A stretch of DNA of 64,000 nt from an uncultured Actinomycetota bacterium (GCA_963796545.1 CAWCMF010000026.1:135209-199208); one strand, 5' to 3'. Shown: positions 10,867-20,787, counted from the stretch's first letter. The notes: generated by a model from the letters alone, not told the origin. Translations and numbers: made by a program.

Positions 10867-12609
10867 TCAGCCCCTCGGCACCCTGTCAATCACCATGCCG
10901 AGGTTCTCCGGGACATGCATCCTGGCGAATGTCTGCGCGACGTCGGCAGGCACGGCCGCGCGGGTCAACCGGCTGACGACGATCATCGTCGCGAACGCCA
11001 GTGGGACGCTGACCGCGGCCGGATATCCGATCAGCACGGCAGGCCAGCCGCCGAGCACGTCCTCGTCGATACCGCCGGCCACGGCGACGGTGACTGCCAC
11101 CCCGGACAGCAAGCCACCCACCGCGAGCCCACACGTGGCCCCTATCGCCGTCAGACCCCGCCACCAGATGCCGAGCACCAGCAGCGGGCACAGCGTCGAC
11201 GCCGCGACCGCGAACGCGAGACCCACGCTGCGGGACAGCTCCAATCCGCCGGACGCCGCCAGCGCCAGCGGGATCGGGATCAGCCCGCCGATGACGGCGG
11301 CCAGCCGGAAGTCGCGGACCCGACCCGGGAGCACGTCGGTCGCCAGAGCTCCTGCGAAACTGACCAACAGGCCCGAGGACGTCGCCAGGAACGCGGCAAT
11401 GGCGCCGGCGGCCACCAACGCGGCCAGCAGTTGGCCTGCGGGCCCCGCGATCGCCGAACCAGGCGCCAACAGCACTGCCGCGTCAGCGGTTCCGGTGATC
11501 AACAGTTGCGGCACGTAGAGCCGGGAGAACACGCCGAGCAACGTCGGGAACAGATAGAACAACGACAACAGCGCGATCACCGCGAGCGCGGTACGCCGAG
11601 CCGCACGCCCATCGGGGTTGGTGTAGAAGCGGACCAGCACATGTGGCAGGCCCATCGTGCCCAGGAACGTCGCCACCATGATCGACACCACCTGATACAG
11701 CGGGTGGTCCCCGCCCAGCCCGCCGCCCGAGGCGATCCAGTCCGAGCCCGCGCTCGGCGTTCCCGCGACGACGGGGGTGGCCGCTCCGGCGGCGAGATTC
11801 AGGGTGCTGCCCGCTCCGAGGGCGTGCTCGCCGGCCGGACCGATCGTCGCGTCGTCGACCTGCCGGTCATCGAGCGTGCCGCTCACCGTGATCCCGGCCG
11901 GTGCGGCAACCTGGACGACGACGTCGGTCTCGATCTCGACGGTGGTGTTCTGCTGGACGGTCGGCGGCAGTGGTCCGCCGAGTTCGCCACCCCGGTCGGT
12001 GAGGAAAAGTCCGGTCAACGCGAGGGCGGGGATCGCGACCGCGGTGAGTTTGAGCCAGTACTGGAACGCCTGCACGAACGTGATGGAGCGCATCCCGCCG
12101 GCCACCACGTTGGTGATGACGATCGCGCCGACGGCCAGCGGGCCGAGCCAGACCGGAATGCCCAGAAGGGTTTTCAGTGTAAGACCGGCCCCCTGGTACT
12201 GAGGTACCAGATAGAAGATGCAGATCACGACGACGACGAGCATCGCGACCTTGCGCAACCGTGCCGAGCCGAGCCGGAACTCGGCGAAATCGGGGACGGT
12301 GTATGCCCCGGAGCGACGCAGCGGCGCCGCGACGAACAGGAGCAGGCCGAGATAGCCCGCGGTGAACCCGACCGGATACCACAGCGCGTCGGCGCCGTAC
12401 TTGGCGATCAGCCCCGCTACACCGAGAAATGATGCAGCCGAGAGATATTCGCCTGAGATCGCGGCCGCGTTCCACCGCGAGCCGACAGTTCGCGAGGCGA
12501 CGAGGAAATCGGATGTGGTCCGGGAGAATCGCACGCCGTAGGCGCCGATCGCGACCGTGGCGACTGCCGCGGCAAGCAGCGCGGCGGCCGTCAGCGCGGT
12601 GCCGGTCAT
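10867..12609 (-). CDS. Second SSS-family (ActP-like) symporter with enlarged loop
   Basis: NAAAISGEYLSAASFLG, GGMRSITFVQAFQY, LGTMGLPHVLVRFYT. Confidence 0.88.
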   Translation of the reverse strand: MTGTALTAAALLAAAVATVAIGAYGVRFSRTTSDFLVASRTVGSRWNAAAISGEYLSAASFLGVAGLIAKYGADALWYPVGFTAGYLGLLLFVAAPLRRSGAYTVPDFAEFRLGSARLRKVAMLVVVVICIFYLVPQYQGAGLTLKTLLGIPVWLGPLAVGAIVITNVVAGGMRSITFVQAFQYWLKLTAVAIPALALTGLFLTDRGGELGGPLPPTVQQNTTVEIETDVVVQVAAPAGITVSGTLDDRQVDDATIGPAGEHALGAGSTLNLAAGAATPVVAGTPSAGSDWIASGGGLGGDHPLYQVVSIMVATFLGTMGLPHVLVRFYTNPDGRAARRTALAVIALLSLFYLFPTLLGVFSRLYVPQLLITGTADAAVLLAPGSAIAGPAGQLLAALVAAGAIAAFLATSSGLLVSFAGALATDVLPGRVRDFRLAAVIGGLIPIPLALAASGGLELSRSVGLAFAVAASTLCPLLVLGIWWRGLTAIGATCGLAVGGLLSGVAVTVAVAGGIDEDVLGGWPAVLIGYPAAVSVPLAFATMIVVSRLTRAAVPADVAQTFARMHVPENLGMVIDRVPRG

Positions 12610-12980
12610 GGCTCGGCGTCGACGACGCCGACGAAATCGCGCTCGCCCTGCTCGGCCAACCGGCAGTAGAACCAGCCGATTCCGTACAGCAGCGGATACA
12701 CCATCCCGGCCAGGACCACCCAGTTCAATCGGAGGCCGAACACCGTGATGGCCCCAAGACCTGGAAAGACCGCGTTCAGCAGGGGGATTGCGCCGATGAG
12801 ACCCACCACGACCGCGGCCAGTCGCAGCGCCAGACCCAGCTGAGCCCGGACCAGTCCGCGTACCAGGGCGTCACCGACCTGGGTCTGCTCCTGGACTTCG
12901 ACGCGCGTACGCACCATGCGCGCGCCACGCCGGTGCGCCAAGACGACCCGCTGGCGCTGGGGTCGCTCGCTGCTAGTCAT
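12606..12980 (-). CDS. Small 2-TM membrane protein, SSS partner
   Basis: EQTQVGDALVRGLVRAQL followed by two TM segments. Overlaps both neighbours. Confidence 0.78.
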   Translation of the reverse strand: MTSSERPQRQRVVLAHRRGARMVRTRVEVQEQTQVGDALVRGLVRAQLGLALRLAAVVVGLIGAIPLLNAVFPGLGAITVFGLRLNWVVLAGMVYPLLYGIGWFYCRLAEQGERDFVGVVDAEP

Positions 12981-13773
12981 CGCCACTGCCTGCAGGCCGC
13001 AGACTGCGCATCGGGTTGCGCACCAAGCGATCACGCAATTCGCGGGCCTGGCGCCGACTCACCGGCAGCTCGACGGCCGGTGATGAACCGTTGGCCCGCA
13101 ACCGGACGAGGACCGCGCCGTCGGTGGTGCGCAGCCCCGTGACCAGGCGCAGGGCCACCAGGTAGGAGCGGTGCACCCGTTGGAAACCGTGTTCGCGCCA
13201 ACGGTTTTCGAGGGTGCTCAACGGAATGCGGACCAGGTGGGAGCCCGACGCCGAGTGCAGCCGGGCGTAGTCGCCTTCGGCCTCGACCCAGCCGATGCTG
13301 CCGCGTTGGACGAGGTGGGTGACGCCGCCGAGCTCGGCCGGGATGACGTCGGAATCCGGTTCCTCGGTGCCGATCCCGCCGCGCTCGTCGGGCGGGGCGG
13401 GGGCCTGTGCCGCGGCGACGCGCCGGATCGCTTCGTCGAGGCGGTCCGCACGGATCGGCTTCAGCAGATAGTCGACGGCCCCGACGTCGAAGGCGGCGAC
13501 GGCCTTGTCATCGTGCGCGGTGACGAACACGATCGCCGGTCGATGGCTGTAGTTCGCGAGCACGCCCGCGAGCTCGATCCCCGAGAGGCCGGGCATGTTG
13601 ATGTCGAGGAACACCGCGTCGATGGAGTGCAGATTGAGTTCGCGCAGAGCCGATGTCGCGTCGCCGGCGCGGAAGACCTCTGCGGTGCAGGGGTGTTTGC
13701 CGAGCAGATACGCAAGCTCGTCGAGGGCGGGAGCCTCGTCGTCGACGGCGAGCACCGTGAGCAGTGCGGTCAC
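12973..13773 (-). CDS. LytR/AlgR family response regulator
   Basis: REC domain (VDDE, FLDINMP, VTAH, DYLLKP) and LytTR domain (FQRVHRSYLV, LPVSRR). Confidence 0.93.
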   Translation of the reverse strand: MTALLTVLAVDDEAPALDELAYLLGKHPCTAEVFRAGDATSALRELNLHSIDAVFLDINMPGLSGIELAGVLANYSHRPAIVFVTAHDDKAVAAFDVGAVDYLLKPIRADRLDEAIRRVAAAQAPAPPDERGGIGTEEPDSDVIPAELGGVTHLVQRGSIGWVEAEGDYARLHSASGSHLVRIPLSTLENRWREHGFQRVHRSYLVALRLVTGLRTTDGAVLVRLRANGSSPAVELPVSRRQARELRDRLVRNPMRSLRPAGSGDD

Positions 13774-14996
13774 GATTTGTCCACCCCGAACCCACCTCCG
13801 CTGGCCCGCACTCCCGACCGGAACTTGGGCACCCTCATGACGACCTTGGTGCCTGCGCCGATCGCGGTTTCGACCACCAGACCGTAATCGTTGCCGAAGG
13901 CGGCGCGCAGGCGATGGTCGACATTGGTGAGTCCGACATGCGCGCCCGCGCCCTCGGGCGTCTGGGTGCCGTCGGACAGCGCGTCGCTCGGACCCACCCG
14001 CAATGCGTCGGGATCCATGCCCACTCCGTCGTCCTCGACGGTGATGACGCAGTCGGAACCCTCGTCGCGGGCGATGAGTTCGATCGATCCGCTACCGCGC
14101 CCGGCGAAGCCGTGCCGCACCGCGTTCTCCACCAGTGGCTGCAGCGCCAGGAACGGAACGACGACGGTGAGCACCTCCGGCGCGACGCGCAGGGTCACCT
14201 TGAGCGCCGTGCCGAAGCGGGCCCGCTCCAGCGTGAGGTAGCGGTCGATGTTGCGTAGTTCCTCAGCCAGCGTGGTGAATTGGCCTGCGGCACGGAACGA
14301 GTAGCGGGTGAAGTCGGCGAATTCCAGGATGAGCTCGCGAGCCCGGTCGGGGTCGGTGCGCACGAACGACGCGATCGTGTTGAGCGCGTTGTAGATGAAG
14401 TGCGGGCTGATCTGTGCGCGTAACGCCAGGACTTCGGCACGGTCGAGTCGTGCCCGGGAGGCGTCGAGCTCGGCGAGCTCGGTTTGGCTGGCGGCGTAGC
14501 GCGCCACTTCGCCGACGGCGCCGAGCATTCCGGGTCCCGGCGATCGGGTCGTGACGACGACGAGGACGCCGAGCAGGTCGCCGGCCTCGGCGAGCAGTGG
14601 CTGCGCGACCACCGCGGACGTCTTGGCGTGTGTCATCACGCGGCGCTCACCGGAGATCGACTGCCTCGCGGCGCGGTCGCAGGCGTCGAGCAGGTCGTCG
14701 ACCCAGACCGCGTCTTCGTCGGGGTCGCGCGCGAGCAGCTGGCCGTCGCCGTCGAACAACGCCAGGCCGTCGGCGCCGGTGAGATCCCGCAGGAATGGCG
14801 CGGCAGTCTTCGCCGAATCGGTATCGAGGCCGCGGCGAAGCGCTCTGGCGGCGCGCGACGCGGTGTGCAGCGCGGCGTGCACCGCGCGCTCGGTAGGGGT
14901 GGCCACGACGCGCCTGGTCCGCACGGCCACCACGACGGCAGCCACCGCAAGGAGGATCAGTGCCGCCGTCAGTGCGATCGCGAGCTGGCCGGACAT
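13770..14996 (-). CDS. LytS/YehU-type sensor histidine kinase
   Basis: ALRAQISPHFIYNALN, LQPLVENAVRHG, DDGVGM, GLTNV. Single N-terminal TM. Confidence 0.92.
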   Translation of the reverse strand: MSGQLAIALTAALILLAVAAVVVAVRTRRVVATPTERAVHAALHTASRAARALRRGLDTDSAKTAAPFLRDLTGADGLALFDGDGQLLARDPDEDAVWVDDLLDACDRAARQSISGERRVMTHAKTSAVVAQPLLAEAGDLLGVLVVVTTRSPGPGMLGAVGEVARYAASQTELAELDASRARLDRAEVLALRAQISPHFIYNALNTIASFVRTDPDRARELILEFADFTRYSFRAAGQFTTLAEELRNIDRYLTLERARFGTALKVTLRVAPEVLTVVVPFLALQPLVENAVRHGFAGRGSGSIELIARDEGSDCVITVEDDGVGMDPDALRVGPSDALSDGTQTPEGAGAHVGLTNVDHRLRAAFGNDYGLVVETAIGAGTKVVMRVPKFRSGVRASGGGFGVDKS

Positions 14997-15084
14997 CTGT
15001 TTTTCGCTCCTCGCGTGAGGTTGGCACCACCTTAGACTGGCCCGTGCGGCGAAACTGTAGTGACTCTAGGAACCCGAGACTGGT

Positions 15085-15525
15085 TCAGGTCGTTCGCTGC
15101 TGCGCGGCGCGGCGCTGAATCTCCTTGATCGCTGTCCAATTCACCGCTGGTCGCATGAGTCCACGTTTGTCGAGGTATTTCTGTCCTGAGGTCTGGGTGC
15201 CCCTCAGGAATTTCACCATCTGCAATCTCGACTGCGGGGTGAACGCCTCGCTCACGAAGACCCAACGTTCGCCCCGCCTTTGGAGGCGGCCTTTGACCTG
15301 TGTGGCGTCGAGGCGCCACAACTTGGCGTCGTGGTAGTGGCACAGGAGGTTGGCCGGCCCTCCCACCACCCCCAACTCCGCGGGCAGCACCGCGGGCAGC
15401 TCGCCGGTCGCGGCGTCATAGTCACCGGTGTCGACGCGAACGCTGACCGGGTAGCCGTTCGCGTCGAGCGCGGTCAGTACCGCTTGCGGAAACCTGCTCA
15501 GCCGCTTGGCCGCATCACCCCACAC
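15085..15525 (-). CDS. Hypothetical protein, split-barrel (PPOX-like)
   Basis: AVLTALDANGYPVSVR resembles a PPOX first strand. Overlaps the upstream PPOX gene. Confidence 0.65.
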   Translation of the reverse strand: MWGDAAKRLSRFPQAVLTALDANGYPVSVRVDTGDYDAATGELPAVLPAELGVVGGPANLLCHYHDAKLWRLDATQVKGRLQRRGERWVFVSEAFTPQSRLQMVKFLRGTQTSGQKYLDKRGLMRPAVNWTAIKEIQRRAAQQRTT

Positions 15526-16021
15526 GACGCACCTCGTTGAGATCGAGTTCCTCGGGCCGGGCGGTGAAATCGCGCGTCGGCCAGTACAGCGCGCGACGGG
15601 GTGTCACGTAGATCAGGATGCGCATGTAATACGACCACCACAGCTGCCGACCCAGCCGGGTGCTCCAGAACGCGCCTGCCGGCTGCCGGGTGCACAGGGT
15701 CTCCAACAGCGACGCGAGCTCCGGATCGGATGCCACGTCGGTCACGATGCGGTCCTCGGCGGTGGCGTCGCCCTGGATCAGGACGGCTCCCGGCTCGGCG
15801 ACACCGCTGCCGGTCGGCTCGGAGAACAGCATGCTGACCCGCGGATTGCGGCGAATGTTGTAGGCCTTCTGCGGCAGCCCGATGCTGGTACCCAGGAGGA
15901 AACGGCCGTCCCCGAGCAGCCGCGGACTCACCGGCCAGGTCTGCGGCGAACCATCGCGCGCGATGGTGGTGAACTCGCACGTGAAGTACTTCTCGATGAT
16001 TGCGATGGCGGCCGATGCCAC
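15515..16021 (-). CDS. Pyridoxamine 5'-phosphate oxidase family protein
   Basis: EFTTIARDGSPQTWPV, KAYNIRRNPRVSMLF. Start uncertain. Confidence 0.8.
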   Translation of the reverse strand: MASAAIAIIEKYFTCEFTTIARDGSPQTWPVSPRLLGDGRFLLGTSIGLPQKAYNIRRNPRVSMLFSEPTGSGVAEPGAVLIQGDATAEDRIVTDVASDPELASLLETLCTRQPAGAFWSTRLGRQLWWSYYMRILIYVTPRRALYWPTRDFTARPEELDLNEVRRVG

Positions 16022-16118
16022 AGAAACGAGAGTACTTCAGCCCCGATCGCTGGTCACGAGGTTCGCCCGATGGTCTTCGGAGGTCATCGAGTGCGGTCCT
16101 AGCGACCCGATCCGAACG

Positions 16119-19100
16119 TCACGCCATGGCGTCGGCTTGCGCCAGATATCCCTCGAACTCGGCTGCGAGCGCCTTCTTCCGAAAGCCTGCCAGGAACTGC
16201 TCGTAGGCCCGCTCGTCTCCGCTGCTTCTGGCAAGGAGTGCCCGTAACCGCAGAAGCGGCAGTTCGTGCAGTACGAAGCCGGGCTCGGTCGCCACGGCGC
16301 AGAGCCGGTCTATAGCTCCGTGAGCTTCGTCGATGTCGTGTTTCGTGCCGCGACGAAGTAGCGCCTCACCCAGAACTGCGGTGGCAGGGCCGCGAAAGAT
16401 CATCTCGCCGTTGGCGAACTGCTCCTCGAGTACCTGGCGCGCCAACGCGACGGCATCGTCAAGCTCGCCTGAGCTGAGGCTTGCCCGGGCGAACTCGAGA
16501 TCGGTAAGTCTTCGCAATGTCACGGTCAGCTTCTCGCGAACGATCATCTCGCGCGCTGCGGTCAATGCTTCGATGCCTGCCTCCTGGTCACCCTGGGGGC
16601 TGTGCAGCAATGCCATCGCCCGAATCATGTGTGAGTAGGTGACGGCGGTGTTGTCCCCCGACTGTCGCGCGATCGCCAGCGACTCCGATGTCAACGAGAT
16701 GTCTTCGGCATCAGGCAGGATGGCGTCGTTTCCCGCCGCACCGGCGAATTTGTACACTTGTGCCAGAATTCGGGTTGTGGCGTCGAACGCCCGCGCCATC
16801 TCGATGCCCCGTTCGATGTCGGCTCGCCACCCTGGGCGGCCCAGGAACATCGCTGATGCGCCCCTCAAGGTGATGGCCCAGGCGAGTGGAGACCCGATAA
16901 CGAAGTTCCCCATGACGGGGTCACCGTCCGCGAGGTCGATGATGCGCTGCGCCAACCGCAGGCTTTCGACCGCCTCGCCAGCCTCCCAATTGGCCTGAGC
17001 CGCCCCGTAGAGAAGGCCCACGGCTATCTCCGGCTCTCCAATCGACTCGACCAATGCCGCGAAGTCAGACGCCGTATCTACTGCTTCCCGGTGGCGCGAA
17101 TTGAACGTCAGCGTGTTGAGGTGGCCGGCCATACCCACCGCCAGCGACTTCTTGTCGCCGGCTGCGGTCGCGATTGAACGCAGCTCTTCGAAGCCTGTGC
17201 TCTCTGGAACTCCACCCACTTGAAAAGCACTGCCGCACAGAAGAGCCCGCGGTGAGATCCGCATCGCCAGATAGTTGGGATGGTCCTCTGACATCTGGTC
17301 GGCAACATTCGCGGCCTGTTCCCAGCTTCCGCGTGCGGCCCGGATGTCGCGCGGCCCGTACCCGGTCGCGGCTCGCATGAACCATTGATGTGCGTCCGGC
17401 AGCTCACCCGCGGCCGCGTATTGAGTTGCAATCATGGCTGCGCCCTCACTGGTGGCGGCGGCATTCGTCTGCCGCATCATCGCCGCTACACGCCGGTGCA
17501 AGTCCGCGCGCGCGGACTTGAGCTGCGATTCGTACGCCACTTTCTGAGTGAGCGGATGGTGGAAGGCATACTCGGCATCGTCTTCGTCACTGACCTGGTC
17601 GACGAGTTCTGCCGTGATGAGTGGCGTGAGGTCCGCTCGATCCAGCAATCGCTCCAACAACGCGGCATGAAATCGAGCTCCGATGACCGATGCGGCGTTC
17701 AGCGTCTGTTTCGCCGAGTGGCCGAGCCGGTCGATACGGTCACCGATCGCAGCCTGGAGAGTGGGTGGTACATGGACATCGCCTACTTGTCGAAGACATA
17801 CGTAGGCGCCGGGATTGCCTTCGATCTCTCCACGCTCAGCCAAATCGCGCACGATCTCCTCGGCGCAAAAGGGTATGCCCGCCGCGCGGTCGGCGACCAG
17901 CGTGGACAGGTTGCCCACCGACGAATCCGATCCGAGTAGTTCGTCCAGCAACTCGCCGATGCACGAATCACTCAGCGGTGCCAGCGCGATAGGTTTGGCC
18001 TCGACCAACGCTGACAAGGTTCCCTGGTACTCGGGGCGATACGTGATCAACATAATTGCCCGCATTTGACCGATGGCTGCGGCGAATTCGGTGAGCATCG
18101 ATTCGCTTACGCCATCTATCCAATGGGCGTCCTCGATGACAAAGACAGCAGGTTTCGGCCGCGCCAGCGAGACTGTGTTGATGAGTTCGATGAGCCGCCG
18201 CCGCCGCGCGTCCGGGCTGATGTCTGGCAGCGACACTTCGGTATCCCGGATGCCGAGCAGCTCATCGAGCAAGAGCAGGTCCTCGGCATCGGTGAGAGGC
18301 ATGGCGGCGCGCAGCCGTGCCCGGGCATCCGCTGCTGTGAGACCGCCGATTGCGAAGAGCGCGCGCGAGAGTCGTGAGATGACGTGGAATGAGATCTCCC
18401 GGGTGTGCGATTCGCAGTAGGTGTAGTACACCTCAAAACCACGATCTGTCGCCGCCGCAATTGATTCGCGTACCAACCGCGTCTTTCCAACGCCCGGCGG
18501 CCCTGACACGGTGACTACAGATCCGACGCCTGCAAGCGCATCGTCCAGGATCGTCGAGATTGCTGTCGTCTCCGCCTCGCGGCCTACCAGGCGGGAGGGC
18601 CCACGAGACACCCGACGGTCAGCTGACGCGGATAGTAGACGACGCGCCCGCACTGCTTTCGGTGATCCCTTGATGCGCACGAATTCTCTTGTGCCCAAGG
18701 CGAAATTGCACTCAACGAGGCTGGCGGTCGACTCGCTCAGCATTACCCCGCCCGGTGGCGCCACGGACTCCATGCGTTGAGCCATCCCGACTTGCTCGCC
18801 AACAGCGGTGTAACCAAAGGACCCCGATCCGATCTTGCCGACAATCACCTCACCGGAGTTCAACCCGACTCGAAGTTTGAGGTCGATACCGTCCCGTTCA
18901 TGAGCTGCGAGCGCAAGTGGCCGCGCGCCCCCTTGAATTGCCAGGGCGGCGAGACAAGCACGAACAGCGTGGTCCTCCAAGCCCGCGGGTGCGCCGAACA
19001 CCGCCATGATCCCATCGCCGGTAAAACTGCCGACTGTGCCCCCGAAACGCTGTACAACCCCCGCGCAGACGTCCGCCAGTTCGGCCATGATCTCGCGTAG

Positions 19101-19286
19101 CCGCTCGGCGCCCACCACTGCTGCGATGTCCATCGAGTGCACCACGTCGGCGAATAAGATCGTGACTTGCTTGTACTCGGCCGACTGGGGGGCCTGCGTG
19201 AGTCGGGTGCCGCACTCGCTACAGAAGTTGCCCGTCGGGCTGGAGTGCGCCCCACAGGAACCACAGATTATTCGGGGTGCGGTCAA
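16119..19286 (-). CDS. Zinc-ribbon / class III nucleotide cyclase / AAA (STAND) / TPR-like protein
   Basis: CGSCG..FCSECG, ILFADVVHS, FTGDG, RVGLNSGEV, GPPGVGKT, VIEDAHW, AAGIPFCAEE. TTG start inferred. Confidence 0.9.
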   Translation of the reverse strand: MTAPRIICGSCGAHSSPTGNFCSECGTRLTQAPQSAEYKQVTILFADVVHSMDIAAVVGAERLREIMAELADVCAGVVQRFGGTVGSFTGDGIMAVFGAPAGLEDHAVRACLAALAIQGGARPLALAAHERDGIDLKLRVGLNSGEVIVGKIGSGSFGYTAVGEQVGMAQRMESVAPPGGVMLSESTASLVECNFALGTREFVRIKGSPKAVRARRLLSASADRRVSRGPSRLVGREAETTAISTILDDALAGVGSVVTVSGPPGVGKTRLVRESIAAATDRGFEVYYTYCESHTREISFHVISRLSRALFAIGGLTAADARARLRAAMPLTDAEDLLLLDELLGIRDTEVSLPDISPDARRRRLIELINTVSLARPKPAVFVIEDAHWIDGVSESMLTEFAAAIGQMRAIMLITYRPEYQGTLSALVEAKPIALAPLSDSCIGELLDELLGSDSSVGNLSTLVADRAAGIPFCAEEIVRDLAERGEIEGNPGAYVCLRQVGDVHVPPTLQAAIGDRIDRLGHSAKQTLNAASVIGARFHAALLERLLDRADLTPLITAELVDQVSDEDDAEYAFHHPLTQKVAYESQLKSARADLHRRVAAMMRQTNAAATSEGAAMIATQYAAAGELPDAHQWFMRAATGYGPRDIRAARGSWEQAANVADQMSEDHPNYLAMRISPRALLCGSAFQVGGVPESTGFEELRSIATAAGDKKSLAVGMAGHLNTLTFNSRHREAVDTASDFAALVESIGEPEIAVGLLYGAAQANWEAGEAVESLRLAQRIIDLADGDPVMGNFVIGSPLAWAITLRGASAMFLGRPGWRADIERGIEMARAFDATTRILAQVYKFAGAAGNDAILPDAEDISLTSESLAIARQSGDNTAVTYSHMIRAMALLHSPQGDQEAGIEALTAAREMIVREKLTVTLRRLTDLEFARASLSSGELDDAVALARQVLEEQFANGEMIFRGPATAVLGEALLRRGTKHDIDEAHGAIDRLCAVATEPGFVLHELPLLRLRALLARSSGDERAYEQFLAGFRKKALAAEFEGYLAQADAMA

Positions 19287-19403
19287 TGCGCCGCCCCTCT
19301 GGCGTCCACATCGATATCGTTCCACCGCTGGTTGACGCTGTCCGCCATATGGTCCGACCCATCTTCGACGCGAAGCGCCGAGGCCCAGTCCTAAACTGGC
19401 GGC

Positions 19404-19523
19404 GTGGCGAAACTGCAGTTAGTTCAGGAACCCGCGGCCGACGCGCTGCTGGAAACCAACCCGTTTGCGCTGCTGGTCGGCATGCTTCTCGATCAACAGG
19501 TGCAGATACGATTGCAACTATGA
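19404..19523 (+). pseudogene. Host 5' stub of the HhH-GPD (Rv1156-like) gene, at attL
   Basis: Hand translation VAKLQLVQEPAADALLETNPFALLVGMLLDQQ/VQIRLQL*, paralogous to the N-terminus at 23865. TAAACT -10 box 6 nt before the GTG. Confidence 0.85.
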
Positions 19524-19701
19524 GAACGCAAGCTCTTCGCGCTCTCGTTGGCGCTCGGGTTTCGGTAGTCCAAGGGCCACAGAAGGTCTCGCATCTTGCC
19601 AGTTAGAGACCACTACAAAGTGGGCAGAGGCCAAGGGATACAAGATCGTTGGGTCATTTGAGGATGTCGGCGTGTCTGCCGAGAAGCGGCCAGAGGACTG
19701 A
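19520..19701 (+). pseudogene. Truncated large serine integrase N-terminus
   Basis: MRTQALRALVGARVSVVQGPQKVSHLA/QLETTTKWAEAKGYKIVGSFEDVGVSAEKRPED*. Catalytic ARVS and ED.GVS motifs. Frameshift near 19598. Confidence 0.85.
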
Positions 19702-19950
19702 CCCGACAGCCGGCACACTGGGCCGGCCCCGACCCGTCGGAAAGAAATCGGCGAACATCGCATCCGGGAACAGCTCGCGCCGATGCGCCGCCAAGAACGC
19801 AAACACGCTGCCCGCCTTCAGAAGATGCTCCGCTACCGACTCCGCATCCAGCAGCTCACGCTGACTAACCGATCGACCCTGCACACCGAAATCATTGCCA
19901 AGAATCACCACCAACACGCTGACCGCCACGCGGATTATTCAGGGCACTCT
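19702..19950 (-). mobile_element. IS remnant (IS1182-like): left end plus transposase N-terminus
   Basis: VQGRSVSQRELLDAESVAEHLLKAGSVFAFLAAHRRELFPDAMFADFFPTGRGRPSVP from GTG 19884. It breaks off at the integrase junction. Confidence 0.7.
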
Positions 19951-19977
19951 AAGGGTCGTAGTCGTCGCACACACCGG

Positions 19978-20709
19978 TCAAGATTCGGGGTGGGTGAGGG
20001 TTGCGGTCAGGCCGGGGAGCAGCAGATCGAGGAAGCGGTCGAGTTCGGCGGCGCCGTCGTAGGAGGCTAGGACCGGTGCCAGCGCGCGCAGCACAGGGAA
20101 TTCGGTGATCGCGAGTCGGTGCAGACCGAGCCGCAGTACATCCTCGGTTTCCTCGGGTCGCTCGATGACCTCCTGCAACTCGTTGAGGACATGGCCGTAC
20201 AAATAGCCGAACAGCACCCGGTAGATGTGTAGGGCGTCATCGCCGGTGAACCCGACGGATGTGAGCAGCGCGAGGACGTGTTCTAGTGGCCGCAGCATTC
20301 CCGGTGGCCGTTGCCCGAGCGGGGTGGCCAACGGCCGAGTGACCAGCAGCGGTACCACGTTCGGGTGCGCCAGGGCCAATTGGCGGAAGTCGCGCGCGAC
20401 GGTGCGCAGTTGGCCGGCCCAGTCCGGGTCTTCGGTGTCCACGTGTAGTTTCCCGAGCACAATCTCGGCGACGCCGTCGAGCACCGCGGCCTTGCTCGCG
20501 ACGTGCCGGTAGAGCATCACCGGATCCCGGCCCAGTGCGACGCTGAGGCGGCGCATGGACAATCCGTCCACCCCGGCGCTGTCGACGATGTTCAGCGCAG
20601 CCTGCAGGATCATCGACCGGGTGAGCTGACCGTTGTTTCGGCGGGCGGCCGCGACAGACGGATCACCGTCGTCAGCGCCCGCGTCGGGCCCGGTCGGATG
20701 TCTCGTCAT
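19978..20709 (-). CDS. TetR family regulator with TetR_C domain
   Basis: GLSMRRLSVALGRDPVMLYRHV HTH, DWAGQLR, HPNVVPLL. Confidence 0.9.
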   Translation of the reverse strand: MTRHPTGPDAGADDGDPSVAAARRNNGQLTRSMILQAALNIVDSAGVDGLSMRRLSVALGRDPVMLYRHVASKAAVLDGVAEIVLGKLHVDTEDPDWAGQLRTVARDFRQLALAHPNVVPLLVTRPLATPLGQRPPGMLRPLEHVLALLTSVGFTGDDALHIYRVLFGYLYGHVLNELQEVIERPEETEDVLRLGLHRLAITEFPVLRALAPVLASYDGAAELDRFLDLLLPGLTATLTHPES

Positions 20710-20787
20710 TGCACGCAGCACTTCCCCTCAGCCTCGTCATCGAAGCACTCACCATTCGAAGGTCAACACCAGGCTTCAACGATGTAA

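Noticed and set aside
8698-12432. Long + strand ORFs (652 aa and 538 aa)
   Set aside because: Antisense shadows of the two symporters, typical of high-GC DNA. The same applies to most other overlapping ORFs in the track.
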